A stretch of 33,079 nt of DNA from the IMG/VR virus record IMGVR_UViG_3300032227_000342, positions 1 to 33,079 of that record. One strand, written 5' to 3'. This stretch comes from a virus (lineage: Duplodnaviria; Caudoviricetes). Shown here one piece after another: positions 1 through 10,000 of the stretch. Each line of letters opens with the position of its first letter. Position 1 is the first letter of the stretch. The notes beneath the pieces were generated by a model. The model had not been told where the DNA came from and made no database searches. It saw nothing but the letters and a program-made list of their open reading frames with translations. Position numbers and translations under genes: made by a program.

Positions 1-3000
1 TACACCGTTTTCTGGACCTTCGAGCGATCCATAGCGCAGTTTCATACCAGGTTTGGTTGGATGGTCAATAACGAATGACTTGGTATTGGCAGCGAATGAA
101 CCGTTTACTTGGAGTTTATAGGTCGTTGTTGCAATACCAATACCAGTATTACCTGAGGTATCAATGAATACTACACCGGTATCAGAACTATTTCTAAATT
201 CGTGCGATCCATCACCAGATTTATAATATGATCTACCATTGAGACCATAATAATATCTTCCAATACCTTCCGATGACATATGCCAAATGTTTGTTGCTTG
301 TGTGACGGTACTACCTAGGAATGTGGTGCCAGAAACAGATAGCTTATGTGCTGGTGAGGTGTTACCTATACCTACGTTAGAACCTAGATATATTTTAGAG
401 ATGGTATAACCACTTCTTGTAATTCTAATAGCATCGGCCGCAGCATTTTCCGCATCATTGATGGTACCTAACACCCAACAATTAGCAGAACCTATAGTTT
501 CATTATAAGCCTGCCACGCTTTTTCATCTGTAGCGCCATTGGAATTTCTCCATGAAAATTTAGAATAGACAGAACCTTGCACACGAACTTCAGTATTAAC
601 CGTTAATGGAAATGATGCCGAGGTTGTACCAATACCAACATATCCACTAGGGAAAAATAAATTACCAGCAAACGAAACACCTGACGTATTAGCAAGAGCA
701 GAATTAGCCTTAGCAAAAGCAGCAGTAGTATTGGTAGAAACACCGTTAGCGAAGGCCAATGCCGTATTAGCAGCCGTAAAGGCAGCAGTAGTATTGGTAG
801 AAACACCGTTTGCAAATGTAAATGCGGCATTTGCTATTGTGCCTGCGCCATTAGCCATTACACCAGCATAATTATTGGCAGAAATTGTAGCACTAGTTAT
901 AAGAGAGTTTGTTGTATTACCTCTAACATATGTTGCATCTGCAACCGCATTGGCAGCATTGGCCATGGCACCAGCATAATTATTGGCTGATGTAGTTGAT
1001 GTGTTGGTATATGCTCTGGCAGTAACCAGGTTAGCATCTACTATGGTTTGTGTCCAGGCATTACCAGAGTTGGCCATAAAACCAGCATAATTATTTGCTG
1101 ATGTGGCATTAGTTGCCACTGTAGTAATTGTTGCATAGGTTGCTGATGTATAGTTATTTGTAGATGTTCCGACAGTATTGGCATAAGTATTACCAGAAGC
1201 AAGTCCGGTAGTTAATGAAGATTGAGTAGCATATGTAGCAGTAGTATAGGCATTAACAGAGTTAGCCATAACACCAGCATAATTATTAGATGATGTACCG
1301 ACTGTAGATGCATAGTTATTACCACTTGTTCCCACTGTTACGGCATAAGCATTACCTGCTGTTCCAATAGCAGTAGCAAAAGCATTACCACTTGTACCTA
1401 CTGTTACGGCATAAGCATTAGCAGAAACACCTACGGAGGCCGCATAAGCATTAGCCGATGTAGCAAGAGTATTTGCTTGACCGTATGCGGCATTAGCAAC
1501 ACCAAAACCTGATCTAATCCATGTGATGGCGTTAGCACCACCGAGTGTTAAGTTGCTGGTTAAAAAATCCGCAATCAAGGTAGCATTGACCATATTATTG
1601 GCATATGGTACGATATCATTAATTGATTCCGGATCAGCATCATATCCTTGGAACAAGTAGTATTGCTTGGAAGCGTGTTCCCTATAGAGACCTGTATGAA
1701 CATGTGCTGATGTAACATTATAATAACTACCAATAAATCCTATGTCTAAAATATCGGATGTATTGTTATTGGCAAGATAGATTAGAGAATCGTTGACAAC
1801 GAGATTGTTGGCTGATATTGATGTTGTATTGCCACCGATGAACAAATTGCCTGTAATACTAAAATTACCAGTAATAGTCTGAGACGGTGCAGTTAGTTTA
1901 ACGAATGTTGAGTTAACCCAAGTATTGGATGAGTTGGCAAATCCAAAGGCAGCATTAGCAACCGTAAAGGCTGCATTAGATACAACATAGTCAGCATTAG
2001 AACTTGTGTAGGCAGCATTAATGACCGCAAATGCTGAGTTAACGGCAGTATATACCGTACCAGTAAATACGTTGGCGCTATTGGCCATAGCACCGGCATA
2101 GTTATTTGCTGCAACAGCAGTATTAGCAAGGTTATTAGCGGCTGCATTAGCAACTGCAAAAGCAGCGTTAGCAACTGCAAAAGCAGCATTGGTTGTAACA
2201 TATGCTGCGGAAAGTCTGACGTTATCTGTATTGGATTGTGTAAAGGCAGCATTGATAACACCGAACGCGGAATTAACGGCCGCATAGATTGTGTTACTAA
2301 AAGTGAACTCGGCATTACCGGCGGCAAAAGCAGCGGCCGCGTTTACAGCAACACCATTAGCAAAGGCAAATGCTGCGGCACCATTAGTTGCGGTATAGGC
2401 ATTATTTGCTACACCAAAGGCAGCATTAGCAACCGTAAAGGCCGCATTGGTAACACCAAAAACAGAAGCAAACTGAACCAATGTTGAATAGGTTGCAGAT
2501 GCTATGGCATTAGAACTATTAGCCATAACACCAGCATAGTTGTTGGCAGCCGTGGTAGAAGTATTGGTATATGCTCTTGCTGTAATTAAATTGGCATCAA
2601 CAATCGTTTGAGCAAAAGCATTACCACTATTGGACATTGCTCCGGCATAATTGTTTGCTGCTAGTGTAGAAACATTTGTATAGTTTCTTGAAGATACAAA
2701 TATAGAATCTGTATAAGCATTACCAGATGCGCCTACCGTCACGGTATAAGCATTACTAGAGTTGGCCATTGCTCCAGCATAATTGTTTGCTGATGTGGCA
2801 TTGGTAGCAACTGTGGTCTGTGTAGCATAGGTAACGACGGCATATCCGTTGGCACTATTAGCCATAGCACCGGCGTAGTTGTTTGCTGATGTTAATCCTG
2901 TTGAAAGTGAAGATTGTGTAGCATATGTTGCAGATGCTATAGCATTAGCACTATTAGCCATTACACCAGCATAATTATTTGCTGATGTAGTGGAGGTATT

Positions 3001-4323
3001 GGTATATTCTCTGGCAGTGACTAACAGTGAATCAGAATAAACATTTGCTGATACACCTACAGAAGAAGCATAAGCATTAGCACCAATGCCTGTATTATAT
3101 GCCAGAACATTAGCAGCATTGGCCTTATCAAATGCAGCATTAGCAGTATTGTAAGACGATCCAATGAATAGTATATCATTAGAAAGATTGGCACGGTCAA
3201 ATGCGGCCTGAGCAATGATAAGAGTTGCATTAGCATTATCATATGCTGAATTAGCTACAGTATAAGCACTATTGGCCTTATTAAATGCTGGAGATAAATC
3301 TGGTGTTAATGATGCCGCATATGCATTGGCAGCATTTGCCATAAATCCGGCATAGTTATTAGCACCAATGCCTGTATTATAAGCAAGAACATTGGCAGAA
3401 TTGGCCTTATTAAAAGCAGCATTGGCAACACCAAATACAGAACCAAATTGTGTAAGTGTAGAATATGTTGCTGATGTATAAGCATTGACACTGTTAGACA
3501 TAGCGCCGGCATAGTTATTAGCATAGACACTTACCGTGTTTGCCCAATTATTTGCCGCTGTTAGATCGGTTGTACCTGTTGATAATGGCGTTCCGTTTAC
3601 ACGAAATACTCCTGTGACATTAACATCACCAGAGACATCTACTGCATAAGCAGGTGAATTATTACCTATACCAATTTTACCACCAAGAGGATTCAGTATT
3701 AGATTATAAGTTGCTGTAGTAGGATTTGCGAATGATGATTGAATCCACTGTGCAAAACCTCTATCGGATCCATACTGACCAATAGAAAGATAGTTTCCTC
3801 CTGTACCACTTAATAATGTATGAGCATTAGTCGTTATATCTGTGCTATTTGGATTACCTTGAGCGACCGTATATCCTATTCTACTTTTACCTAAGACATC
3901 TAGTTTATACTGCGGAGAATCGGTACCGATACCAACATTTCCTGTTGGAAAGTATAGATCACCAGCAAAAGAGACACCCGATGTGTTTGCTAGTTTTGTA
4001 TTTGCCCAGTTATTAGCAGAAGTTAGATTGGCAGAGATTGTAATAATATCATTAATGATATCGGATATGATACCAATATTATTACCGGCATTTATGGTAA
4101 GAATAGAATTATTACTTAATGCGGTAATAAGGGAGTTATTAGCATTGATCGTAGCAAAACTGAAAACATTGCTAGAACCAGAAAAACTTACAATCTGTCC
4201 CGTTACATTCTTATAGTAAAACTTACCGTCAGCATAATTAAGAGCAATCTCACCATTAGCAAGACCTCCTGGTATGTTACCTGGTGTCGAAGAATATTTA
4301 AGTTGGATTACTGTGTTAGCCAT
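1..4323 (-). CDS. Long tail fibre protein, 3'-truncated by the window edge (>=1441 aa)
   Basis: Not in the ORF track; I translated it by hand. ATG at 4323 overlaps the upstream stop (TAATG) and the frame stays open to position 1. The N-terminus MANTVIQLKYSSTPGNIPGGLANGEIALNYADGKFYYKN resembles the T4 gp37-type/Mtd-like fibre N-terminus. It has about 12 ANNYAGxM(A/S)N repeats, GNVGIG fibre motifs, and the distal motif TKSFVIDHPTKPGMKLRYGSLEGPENGV. Confidence 0.88.
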   Translation of the reverse strand, partial: MANTVIQLKYSSTPGNIPGGLANGEIALNYADGKFYYKNVTGQIVSFSGSSNVFSFATINANNSLITALSNNSILTINAGNNIGIISDIINDIITISANLTSANNWANTKLANTSGVSFAGDLYFPTGNVGIGTDSPQYKLDVLGKSRIGYTVAQGNPNSTDITTNAHTLLSGTGGNYLSIGQYGSDRGFAQWIQSSFANPTTATYNLILNPLGGKIGIGNNSPAYAVDVSGDVNVTGVFRVNGTPLSTGTTDLTAANNWANTVSVYANNYAGAMSNSVNAYTSATYSTLTQFGSVFGVANAAFNKANSANVLAYNTGIGANNYAGFMANAANAYAASLTPDLSPAFNKANSAYTVANSAYDNANATLIIAQAAFDRANLSNDILFIGSSYNTANAAFDKANAANVLAYNTGIGANAYASSVGVSANVYSDSLLVTAREYTNTSTTSANNYAGVMANSANAIASATYATQSSLSTGLTSANNYAGAMANSANGYAVVTYATQTTVATNATSANNYAGAMANSSNAYTVTVGASGNAYTDSIFVSSRNYTNVSTLAANNYAGAMSNSGNAFAQTIVDANLITARAYTNTSTTAANNYAGVMANSSNAIASATYSTLVQFASVFGVTNAAFTVANAAFGVANNAYTATNGAAAFAFANGVAVNAAAAFAAGNAEFTFSNTIYAAVNSAFGVINAAFTQSNTDNVRLSAAYVTTNAAFAVANAAFAVANAAANNLANTAVAANNYAGAMANSANVFTGTVYTAVNSAFAVINAAYTSSNADYVVSNAAFTVANAAFGFANSSNTWVNSTFVKLTAPSQTITGNFSITGNLFIGGNTTSISANNLVVNDSLIYLANNNTSDILDIGFIGSYYNVTSAHVHTGLYREHASKQYYLFQGYDADPESINDIVPYANNMVNATLIADFLTSNLTLGGANAITWIRSGFGVANAAYGQANTLATSANAYAASVGVSANAYAVTVGTSGNAFATAIGTAGNAYAVTVGTSGNNYASTVGTSSNNYAGVMANSVNAYTTATYATQSSLTTGLASGNTYANTVGTSTNNYTSATYATITTVATNATSANNYAGFMANSGNAWTQTIVDANLVTARAYTNTSTTSANNYAGAMANAANAVADATYVRGNTTNSLITSATISANNYAGVMANGAGTIANAAFTFANGVSTNTTAAFTAANTALAFANGVSTNTTAAFAKANSALANTSGVSFAGNLFFPSGYVGIGTTSASFPLTVNTEVRVQGSVYSKFSWRNSNGATDEKAWQAYNETIGSANCWVLGTINDAENAAADAIRITRSGYTISKIYLGSNVGIGNTSPAHKLSVSGTTFLGSTVTQATNIWHMSSEGIGRYYYGLNGRSYYKSGDGSHEFRNSSDTGVVFIDTSGNTGIGIATTTYKLQVNGSFAANTKSFVIDHPTKPGMKLRYGSLEGPENGV
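719..810. repeat. 29-bp exact direct repeat, period 63 bp, inside the fibre gene
   Basis: gcagcagtagtattggtagaaacaccgtt occurs at 719-747 and 782-810 and encodes NGVSTNTTAA twice. Confidence 0.85.
1516..1908 (-). repeat. Copy A of a 393-bp fibre module shared with 5465-5857
   Basis: Encodes TFVKLTAPSQTITGNFSITGNLFIGGNTT...HVHTGLYREHASKQYYLFQGYDA...LTLGGANAITWI, colinear without indels with the copy in the 537-aa gene. Confidence 0.9.
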
Positions 4324-4778
4324 TAAAAGTCGTCGTTCTTATCTTCTGGTTCCGATTCTTCCATGACTATAGGTTCTTCTCGCTTATCCTGTGTATTTAT
4401 AACTTTTTTAGGAGAGGAAGTTTTAACGGTTTTTGGCTTGGTTAAACTATCAATCTTTTTCTGTAGTACCTCAATTTCATTATTCTTATCTTGTAACATT
4501 CTTTTCATTTCATTAACTTGATTAGCAAAAGTTTCAAGGTGGTCTGCTTTTGCTTTAATGGAATTATATTCTTGTTCCCATTTAGAAGCATCAGCCCTGG
4601 ATTGATTTATTTGTTCCACCTGTTTTTGTAGTTCTGTTATAACATTATCTTTTTCTGCTAAAATATCTCCGGTAACTTTAAGTTGTGTTTTAAGTTGGAG
4701 AACCATCGTCACATATTCATGTAGCATTCCAACGGAATTATCCACGTAAGCATTAATATAAGCATTTGAATCACTCAT
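4323..4778 (-). CDS. Coiled-coil protein with acidic tail between fibre genes (possible fibre chaperone or adaptor)
   Basis: 151 aa with a heptad-rich helical core, GGAGA RBS upstream, and a stop overlapping the next ATG. Function is inferred from context only. Confidence 0.7.
   Translation of the reverse strand: MSDSNAYINAYVDNSVGMLHEYVTMVLQLKTQLKVTGDILAEKDNVITELQKQVEQINQSRADASKWEQEYNSIKAKADHLETFANQVNEMKRMLQDKNNEIEVLQKKIDSLTKPKTVKTSSPKKVINTQDKREEPIVMEESEPEDKNDDF
4394..4401 (-). promoter_or_regulatory. T4-type late promoter TATAAATA
   Basis: Perfect T4 late -10 consensus on the minus strand, about 70 nt upstream of the fibre ATG at 4323, inside the V-I-N-T codons of the 151-aa gene. Confidence 0.7.
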
Positions 4779-4804
4779 AATATATTCTCCAATTTAATAT
4801 AAAG

Positions 4805-6418
4805 TTAGAAAGTGCCTCCAGAAATCATTTCAAATTGTGGGACACCTGTAGCGGATGCTGTTAGAACTTGACCTTGTATACCAGCAGAAGTTACCTGGAA
4901 CGATGCGTTGCCGCCACCACCAAATAGAACACCGTTTAGTGTAGCAGAAACGATACCTGTACCACCATATCCTACGTTGACAGTTGAACCATTCCATGTG
5001 CCGGTTGTGATTGTACCAACACCAGTAATACCTGTATAGGAACCATCTAGTCTACCAGTAGGAAGAGTACCAGAAGATATATTTGAAGCATTTGAGAATG
5101 TTGCGATAACGTATGCATTGGAATTATTAGCATAGTTGAAAGCAGCATTTGCTACAGTATAACCAGCATTGGATGATGTATATGCGGCATTTACAACAAC
5201 GTAGGCTGCGTTAACGGAAGTATATGCGGCGTTAATGACACCAAATGCTGAGTTGGTTGCTGTATAAGCAGCATTAGCAATCGTGAAACCGGCGTTGGAT
5301 GATGTGTATGCGGCATTAGTTACAGTATAGTTAGCATTAGAAGATGTATAAGCAGCATTAATAACACCAAAGGCACTATTTACTGCGGCATATGTATCAT
5401 TTGAGTGACCAAAGGCAGCATTGGCAACGGTGAAACCGCCATTAGAGTTATCATAAGCAGACTTAATCCAAACGATGGCGTTAGCACCACCAAGAGTTAG
5501 ATTGCTTGTAACAAAGTCGGCAACCAAAGTAGCATTAACCATATTGTTAGAATATGGTACGATGTCATTATTTAATTGAGGTTCAGCATCATATCCTTGG
5601 AACAAGTAGTATTGCTTTGAAGCATGTTCTCTAAAAAGACCGGTATGAACGTGTGCTGAAGTTCCGTTAGTATAACTGCCAACAAAACCTATGTCTAGAA
5701 TGTCAGAAGGATTGCCGTTTGCTAAGTAGATTAATGGATCATTAACGACTAAATTATTAGCTGAAACGGCAGTAGTATTACCACCAATAAAAAGATTACC
5801 AGTAATACTGAAATCGCCGGTGATTGTCTGCGAATTTGCTGTTAGTTTTACAAATGTGGCACCGGCCCAACTATTTGATGCATTGGCATATCCAAATGCT
5901 GCGTTAGCAACGGTATAACCAGCATTGGAACTGGTATATGCTGCGGATAAACGGACATTATCTGTATTAGATTGAGTAAAAGCAGCATTGGTTAATACGT
6001 AGTTAGCATTAGATGATGTATAAGCCGAATTAAGAACTGTAAATGCTGAATTAGTTAGAACGTAATTAGCATTGGAAGAGGTGTATGCTGCGTTGATTAC
6101 ACCAAATGCTGAATTAGTGGCATTATATCCTAAGTTAGCAATACCAAATGCCGCATTGGCGATGACACCGGCCTGGTTTGCTAACTCGTTAGAACCACCA
6201 ACCGTATTTGCTAATGTGAAGGCAGAATTAACAATGTTATAGATATTGTTTTGAACATCAAGGTATCTTTTACCGCCGATAGCAATAGTACCAGTACCGT
6301 CAGGAGTACCAATAAAAATTGTATTAGAAACATAAGAATATGCCAATTCAGCGACATTCAGTGATGGTGGCTGTGAACTGGTTAACGATCTTTTAATCTG
6401 AATGACTGTATTTGACAT
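4805..6418 (-). CDS. Tail fibre protein (537 aa)
   Basis: Fibre-type N-terminus VIQIKRS...AELAYSY, NAA(F/Y) heptad repeats, the shared 131-aa module, a GTITTGTWNGSTVNVGYGGTG fibre motif, and a C-terminal GGTF. Confidence 0.85.
   Translation of the reverse strand: MSNTVIQIKRSLTSSQPPSLNVAELAYSYVSNTIFIGTPDGTGTIAIGGKRYLDVQNNIYNIVNSAFTLANTVGGSNELANQAGVIANAAFGIANLGYNATNSAFGVINAAYTSSNANYVLTNSAFTVLNSAYTSSNANYVLTNAAFTQSNTDNVRLSAAYTSSNAGYTVANAAFGYANASNSWAGATFVKLTANSQTITGDFSITGNLFIGGNTTAVSANNLVVNDPLIYLANGNPSDILDIGFVGSYTNGTSAHVHTGLFREHASKQYYLFQGYDAEPQLNNDIVPYSNNMVNATLVADFVTSNLTLGGANAIVWIKSAYDNSNGGFTVANAAFGHSNDTYAAVNSAFGVINAAYTSSNANYTVTNAAYTSSNAGFTIANAAYTATNSAFGVINAAYTSVNAAYVVVNAAYTSSNAGYTVANAAFNYANNSNAYVIATFSNASNISSGTLPTGRLDGSYTGITGVGTITTGTWNGSTVNVGYGGTGIVSATLNGVLFGGGGNASFQVTSAGIQGQVLTASATGVPQFEMISGGTF
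5465..5857 (-). repeat. Copy B of the 393-bp fibre module shared with 1516-1908
   Basis: Encodes TFVKLTANSQTITGDFSITGNLFIGGNTT...HVHTGLFREHASKQYYLFQGYDA...LTLGGANAIVWI. Confidence 0.9.
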
Positions 6419-6419
6419 A

Positions 6420-6662
6420 TTAGAAGGTTCCTCCGTTTATGATAGGTAATTGTTTAATTACAAACTTACCACTTACCTCATCATAAACTAAAGTTTCATT
6501 ATTATCTACGTCAGACGCATCAACGTCACGTAATTCTATTAGAGTATCAACACCACCTATGGCGCCGCTGGAACCGACACTAACTTTCTTGACGGTACTT
6601 CTTTGTTGGGTATTTATAGTAATTCTATTTTTAGGAGTGGTCGTAACCGTTATCTTAGACAT
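6420..6662 (-). CDS. Small fibre-associated structural protein
   Basis: 80 aa with a LIELRDVD...LVYD...KF motif typical of phage fibre repeat units. It ends INGGTF, like the neighbouring fibre (ISGGTF). Confidence 0.75.
   Translation of the reverse strand: MSKITVTTTPKNRITINTQQRSTVKKVSVGSSGAIGGVDTLIELRDVDASDVDNNETLVYDEVSGKFVIKQLPIINGGTF
6611..6618 (-). promoter_or_regulatory. T4-type late promoter TATAAATA
   Basis: Perfect consensus inside the T-I-N-T codons of the 80-aa gene, about 190 nt upstream of the 537-aa fibre start. Confidence 0.6.
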
Positions 6663-6666
6663 TTCT

Positions 6667-7005
6667 CTACTTTGTTATTGATGGAGTAACATAAATCATT
6701 CCTTCAATCAATCTAGACTTGACATTTGCGAGATCCTTAACACTAACATCAAAGAAATAAGAGCCTGCTTTAAGATTAGCGGTATTAGCTGCTGTCATAG
6801 AAATTACTAACTCACCTGATTGTGTATCACCTATTGATGATTGAAATGTGGCATATGTGTTTACAGACAATAGCGATTTACGCAATTGACTGATGACCGT
6901 GAAACCTGAGGTATTTACGGCAAGATTTGTATAGTCATCATTAATGTTAAGTGTGGTACTAAAGTCCGCACCCTGATCAATATAGAGTTCTACATACTCG
7001 GCCAT
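6667..7005 (-). CDS. Small beta-sandwich virion protein (fibre attachment or adaptor type)
   Basis: 112 aa. The pattern LYIDQGADFSTTL...TANLKAGSYFFDV...RLIEG.I.VTP.IT is common next to fibre genes in T4-like phages. TAATG-coupled to the upstream gene. Confidence 0.75.
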   Translation of the reverse strand: MAEYVELYIDQGADFSTTLNINDDYTNLAVNTSGFTVISQLRKSLLSVNTYATFQSSIGDTQSGELVISMTAANTANLKAGSYFFDVSVKDLANVKSRLIEGMIYVTPSITK

Positions 7006-10000
7006 TACTTGCTCTCTAGTTTAGCGTTTAGTTCTTTGATCGCTTCAATAAGGAATGCAATAATGCCGTCATAGTTAACTGTCTTAGTATTATTTATGTT
7101 TCCAACTAGATCAGGAACAACTTTTTCCATGTCCTGTGCAATAACACCATATGAATGTTGACTGGTTTGTTTCCAATTGAATCCTACACCATTCATATTA
7201 TTAATGATTTCTAGAGCGCCAACAATTGGTTCAATATTTTCTTTAAGTGTTTCGTCTGATAGTGAGTTAAAGATGGTTGATGACAATGTACCCGTTGATG
7301 GAACAAATGTAAGTCCTGTTGTATCTACATTTGCTGAAGTCATAGTACCACTAGTTATTGTGGTAAATACGGGATAATATGTTGATGGAGATATTGTTTC
7401 ATCACCTATAGAAGAAGAACCACCACTAAAAGATACATTGGATGCGGAAATAATACGGCCGTAGGTATCAACCGTGAATGATGGAACTTGTGTAGTGCCA
7501 CCGTAAGTTGTTGCTGTAACACCTGAGCGGGCGAGATCCATATAGACAGTTTCAATACCGGATACTACAACAGAATTGGCCCAAATCCTAGAGGTGCTGT
7601 TGCTGGTAATGGTGTCAACTTTGGTATTTGCCCAGGTGTTTGATGCATTGGCCATGGCACCAGCATAGTTATTGGCACTGGTGGCAATTGTTCCTTCTCT
7701 AGACTGAGCAGCGGCATTAGAACTATTGGCCATAAATCCAGCATAGTTATTGGCACTGGTGGCAATTGTTTCTTCTCTAGACTGAGCAGCGGCATTAGAA
7801 CTATTGGCCATGGCACCGGCATAGTTATTGGCCGAGGTTGTTGATGTCTGGATATTAGCAGCAGCCCACGCATTGGTACTATTAGCCATAGCACCAGCAT
7901 AGTTATTGGCCGAGGTTGTTGATGTCTGGATATTAGCAGCAGCCCAACCATTAGCAGAATTGGCCATAAATCCAGCATAAACATTTGCCGATACAGTAGC
8001 ATTTGTAACATCTGTGTTTGATGCAATATAAGTTGTATAAGCATTAAATGTATTGCTTGTAAACGCCCAAGCGTTGGCCGATTCAATCCATGTAATTGCT
8101 GAGTTGGATCTTCTGTTTCCTCTATTAACTTCAATACCAGCATTTTCTGCTGCTGAAAAATTGAATGGAATATCGGCATTTAGAACTACAATATTATCAC
8201 CAATGAGTAGTGATTGTGTATTAACGTAAGTGGTAGTACCGGAAACAGTAATATTTCCTTGAACTATAAGATCACCACTGATGGTATCTCCAACTTTCTT
8301 TACATAAGTAGATCCTGCATAAGTATTGGCATTATTAGCAACTGATCCTGCACCATTGGCCATTACACCGGCATAGTTGTTTGCTGAGGCCAATCCGGTT
8401 TGTGCATTGGCGTTTGAAGAATTGGCCATAAATCCAGCATAATTATTGCTGGAATTAGCCATTAGTCCTGCGTAGTTATTTGATGAGGACAAACCAGTCT
8501 GTGCATTGCTATTAACACTATTAGCCATAAATCCGGCATAGTTATTGGCGGAAACTAAACCAACGTTAGCATTGTTATAAGCAGCATTGGCAACAGTATA
8601 AGCGGCGGCCGCATTTACTGTAGTTGCAGCATAGTTAAAAAAGTTGTTTGTATGTAGTAGTAATGATCCGGCTGCAGCTAGCGTTGCTGCAACATTAATA
8701 GAAACACCTCTTGATGTACCTCCAGACTCAAATATACGGAATGTATCATTAAACAAGTCAACTGTAAGGTTTCCGCTTAATGTTGATCCACTGGCAGTTT
8801 GTAATCTAATTTCACCACCTTCACTTGGATCAGACTGTTTTCTGAATATTGTTCCGCCAGCTATTGAAACGTTGCCGTTGAGAATTGTATCATTAGCTAA
8901 TGCTGATAAATTAGCCCTAGCAAAAGATCCATTGGCAGTAAAAAACGCACCATTTGCAACGTTGAAGGCACCGTTTGCTGTCTCAAATGAAACCTGGTTT
9001 GTAACGATACTATTAGCAGCATTTCCGCCCAACTGTTGTGCTAAATTGAAAGCATCATTAGCTTGAGCAAAAGCAGCAGTAGCATTTATAACAGTAGAAT
9101 ATGTGGCGGCCGCAAATGCATTACCGCTGTTAGCCATAAATCCAGCATGGTTATTAGCCGAGGCTAATCCAGTCTGTGCATTAGCGTTTGAAGAATTGGC
9201 CATTGCACCGGCATAATTATTAGCAGAACTTACCGAAGCCTGTATATTAGATGATGCCCAGTTATTTGCTGATGTTACGGAAGTCTGGATATTAGCAGCA
9301 GCCCATCCATTGGCACTATTGGCCATAACACCGGCATAGTTATTTGCTGCGGTGGTGGATGTTCTAATATTGGCAGACGCCCAGTTATTAGCAGATGTTA
9401 CCGAGGTCTGAATATTGGCAGAGGCCCATCCATTGGCACTATTCGCCATTACACCGGCATAGTTATTGGATGATGCCACTGATGTTTGAATATTACCAGA
9501 TGCCCAGTTATTTGCTGATGTTACCGAAGTTTGTATGTTAGATGCAGCCCACGCATTAGCAGAATTGGCCATAACACCGGCATAGTTATTAGATGATGCT
9601 ACTGATACCTGAATATTAGCAGATGACCAACCATTAGATGAATTGGCCATGAATCCAGCATAGTTGTTTGCTGAGGACAGTCCGGTCCGAGCATTGGCAT
9701 TGGCACTATTGGCCATAAATCCAGCGTAATTATTTGCTGATGCCACTGATACCTGAATATTGGCGGATGCCCATCCATTGGCACTATTGGCCATAAATCC
9801 AGCGTAATTATTTGCTGAGGCCAATCCGGTCTGAGCATTGGCATTGGCACTATTGGCCATGAATCCAGCATAAGCATTTGCCGAAACTAATCCAACATTG
9901 GCGTTGTTATAAGCAGCATTGGCAACAATATATGCTGCGTTACCTGTGGTATAAGATGAGTTAGTTGTTAGAAAAACATTATTTGATCTATTCAACTCTT

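Noticed and set aside
603-4216. Short track ORFs 603-830, 1893-2327, 2236-2487, 3057-3242, 3306-3530 and 3983-4216
   Set aside because: They are off-frame or antisense shadows of the long fibre gene 1-4323; the Leu/Met-rich translations arise from shifted Ala/Asn codons.
1516-5857. Diversity-generating retroelement template/variable repeat pair
   Set aside because: Both copies are in-frame internal coding segments, the differences are mostly synonymous and not adenine-specific, and no reverse transcriptase is present in the window.
7661-9890. CRISPR-like array (recurring gcatagttatt...gccat units)
   Set aside because: The periods are multiples of 3, the units are degenerate at wobble positions, the spacers are themselves repeats, the whole region is inside an open fibre ORF, and there are no cas genes.
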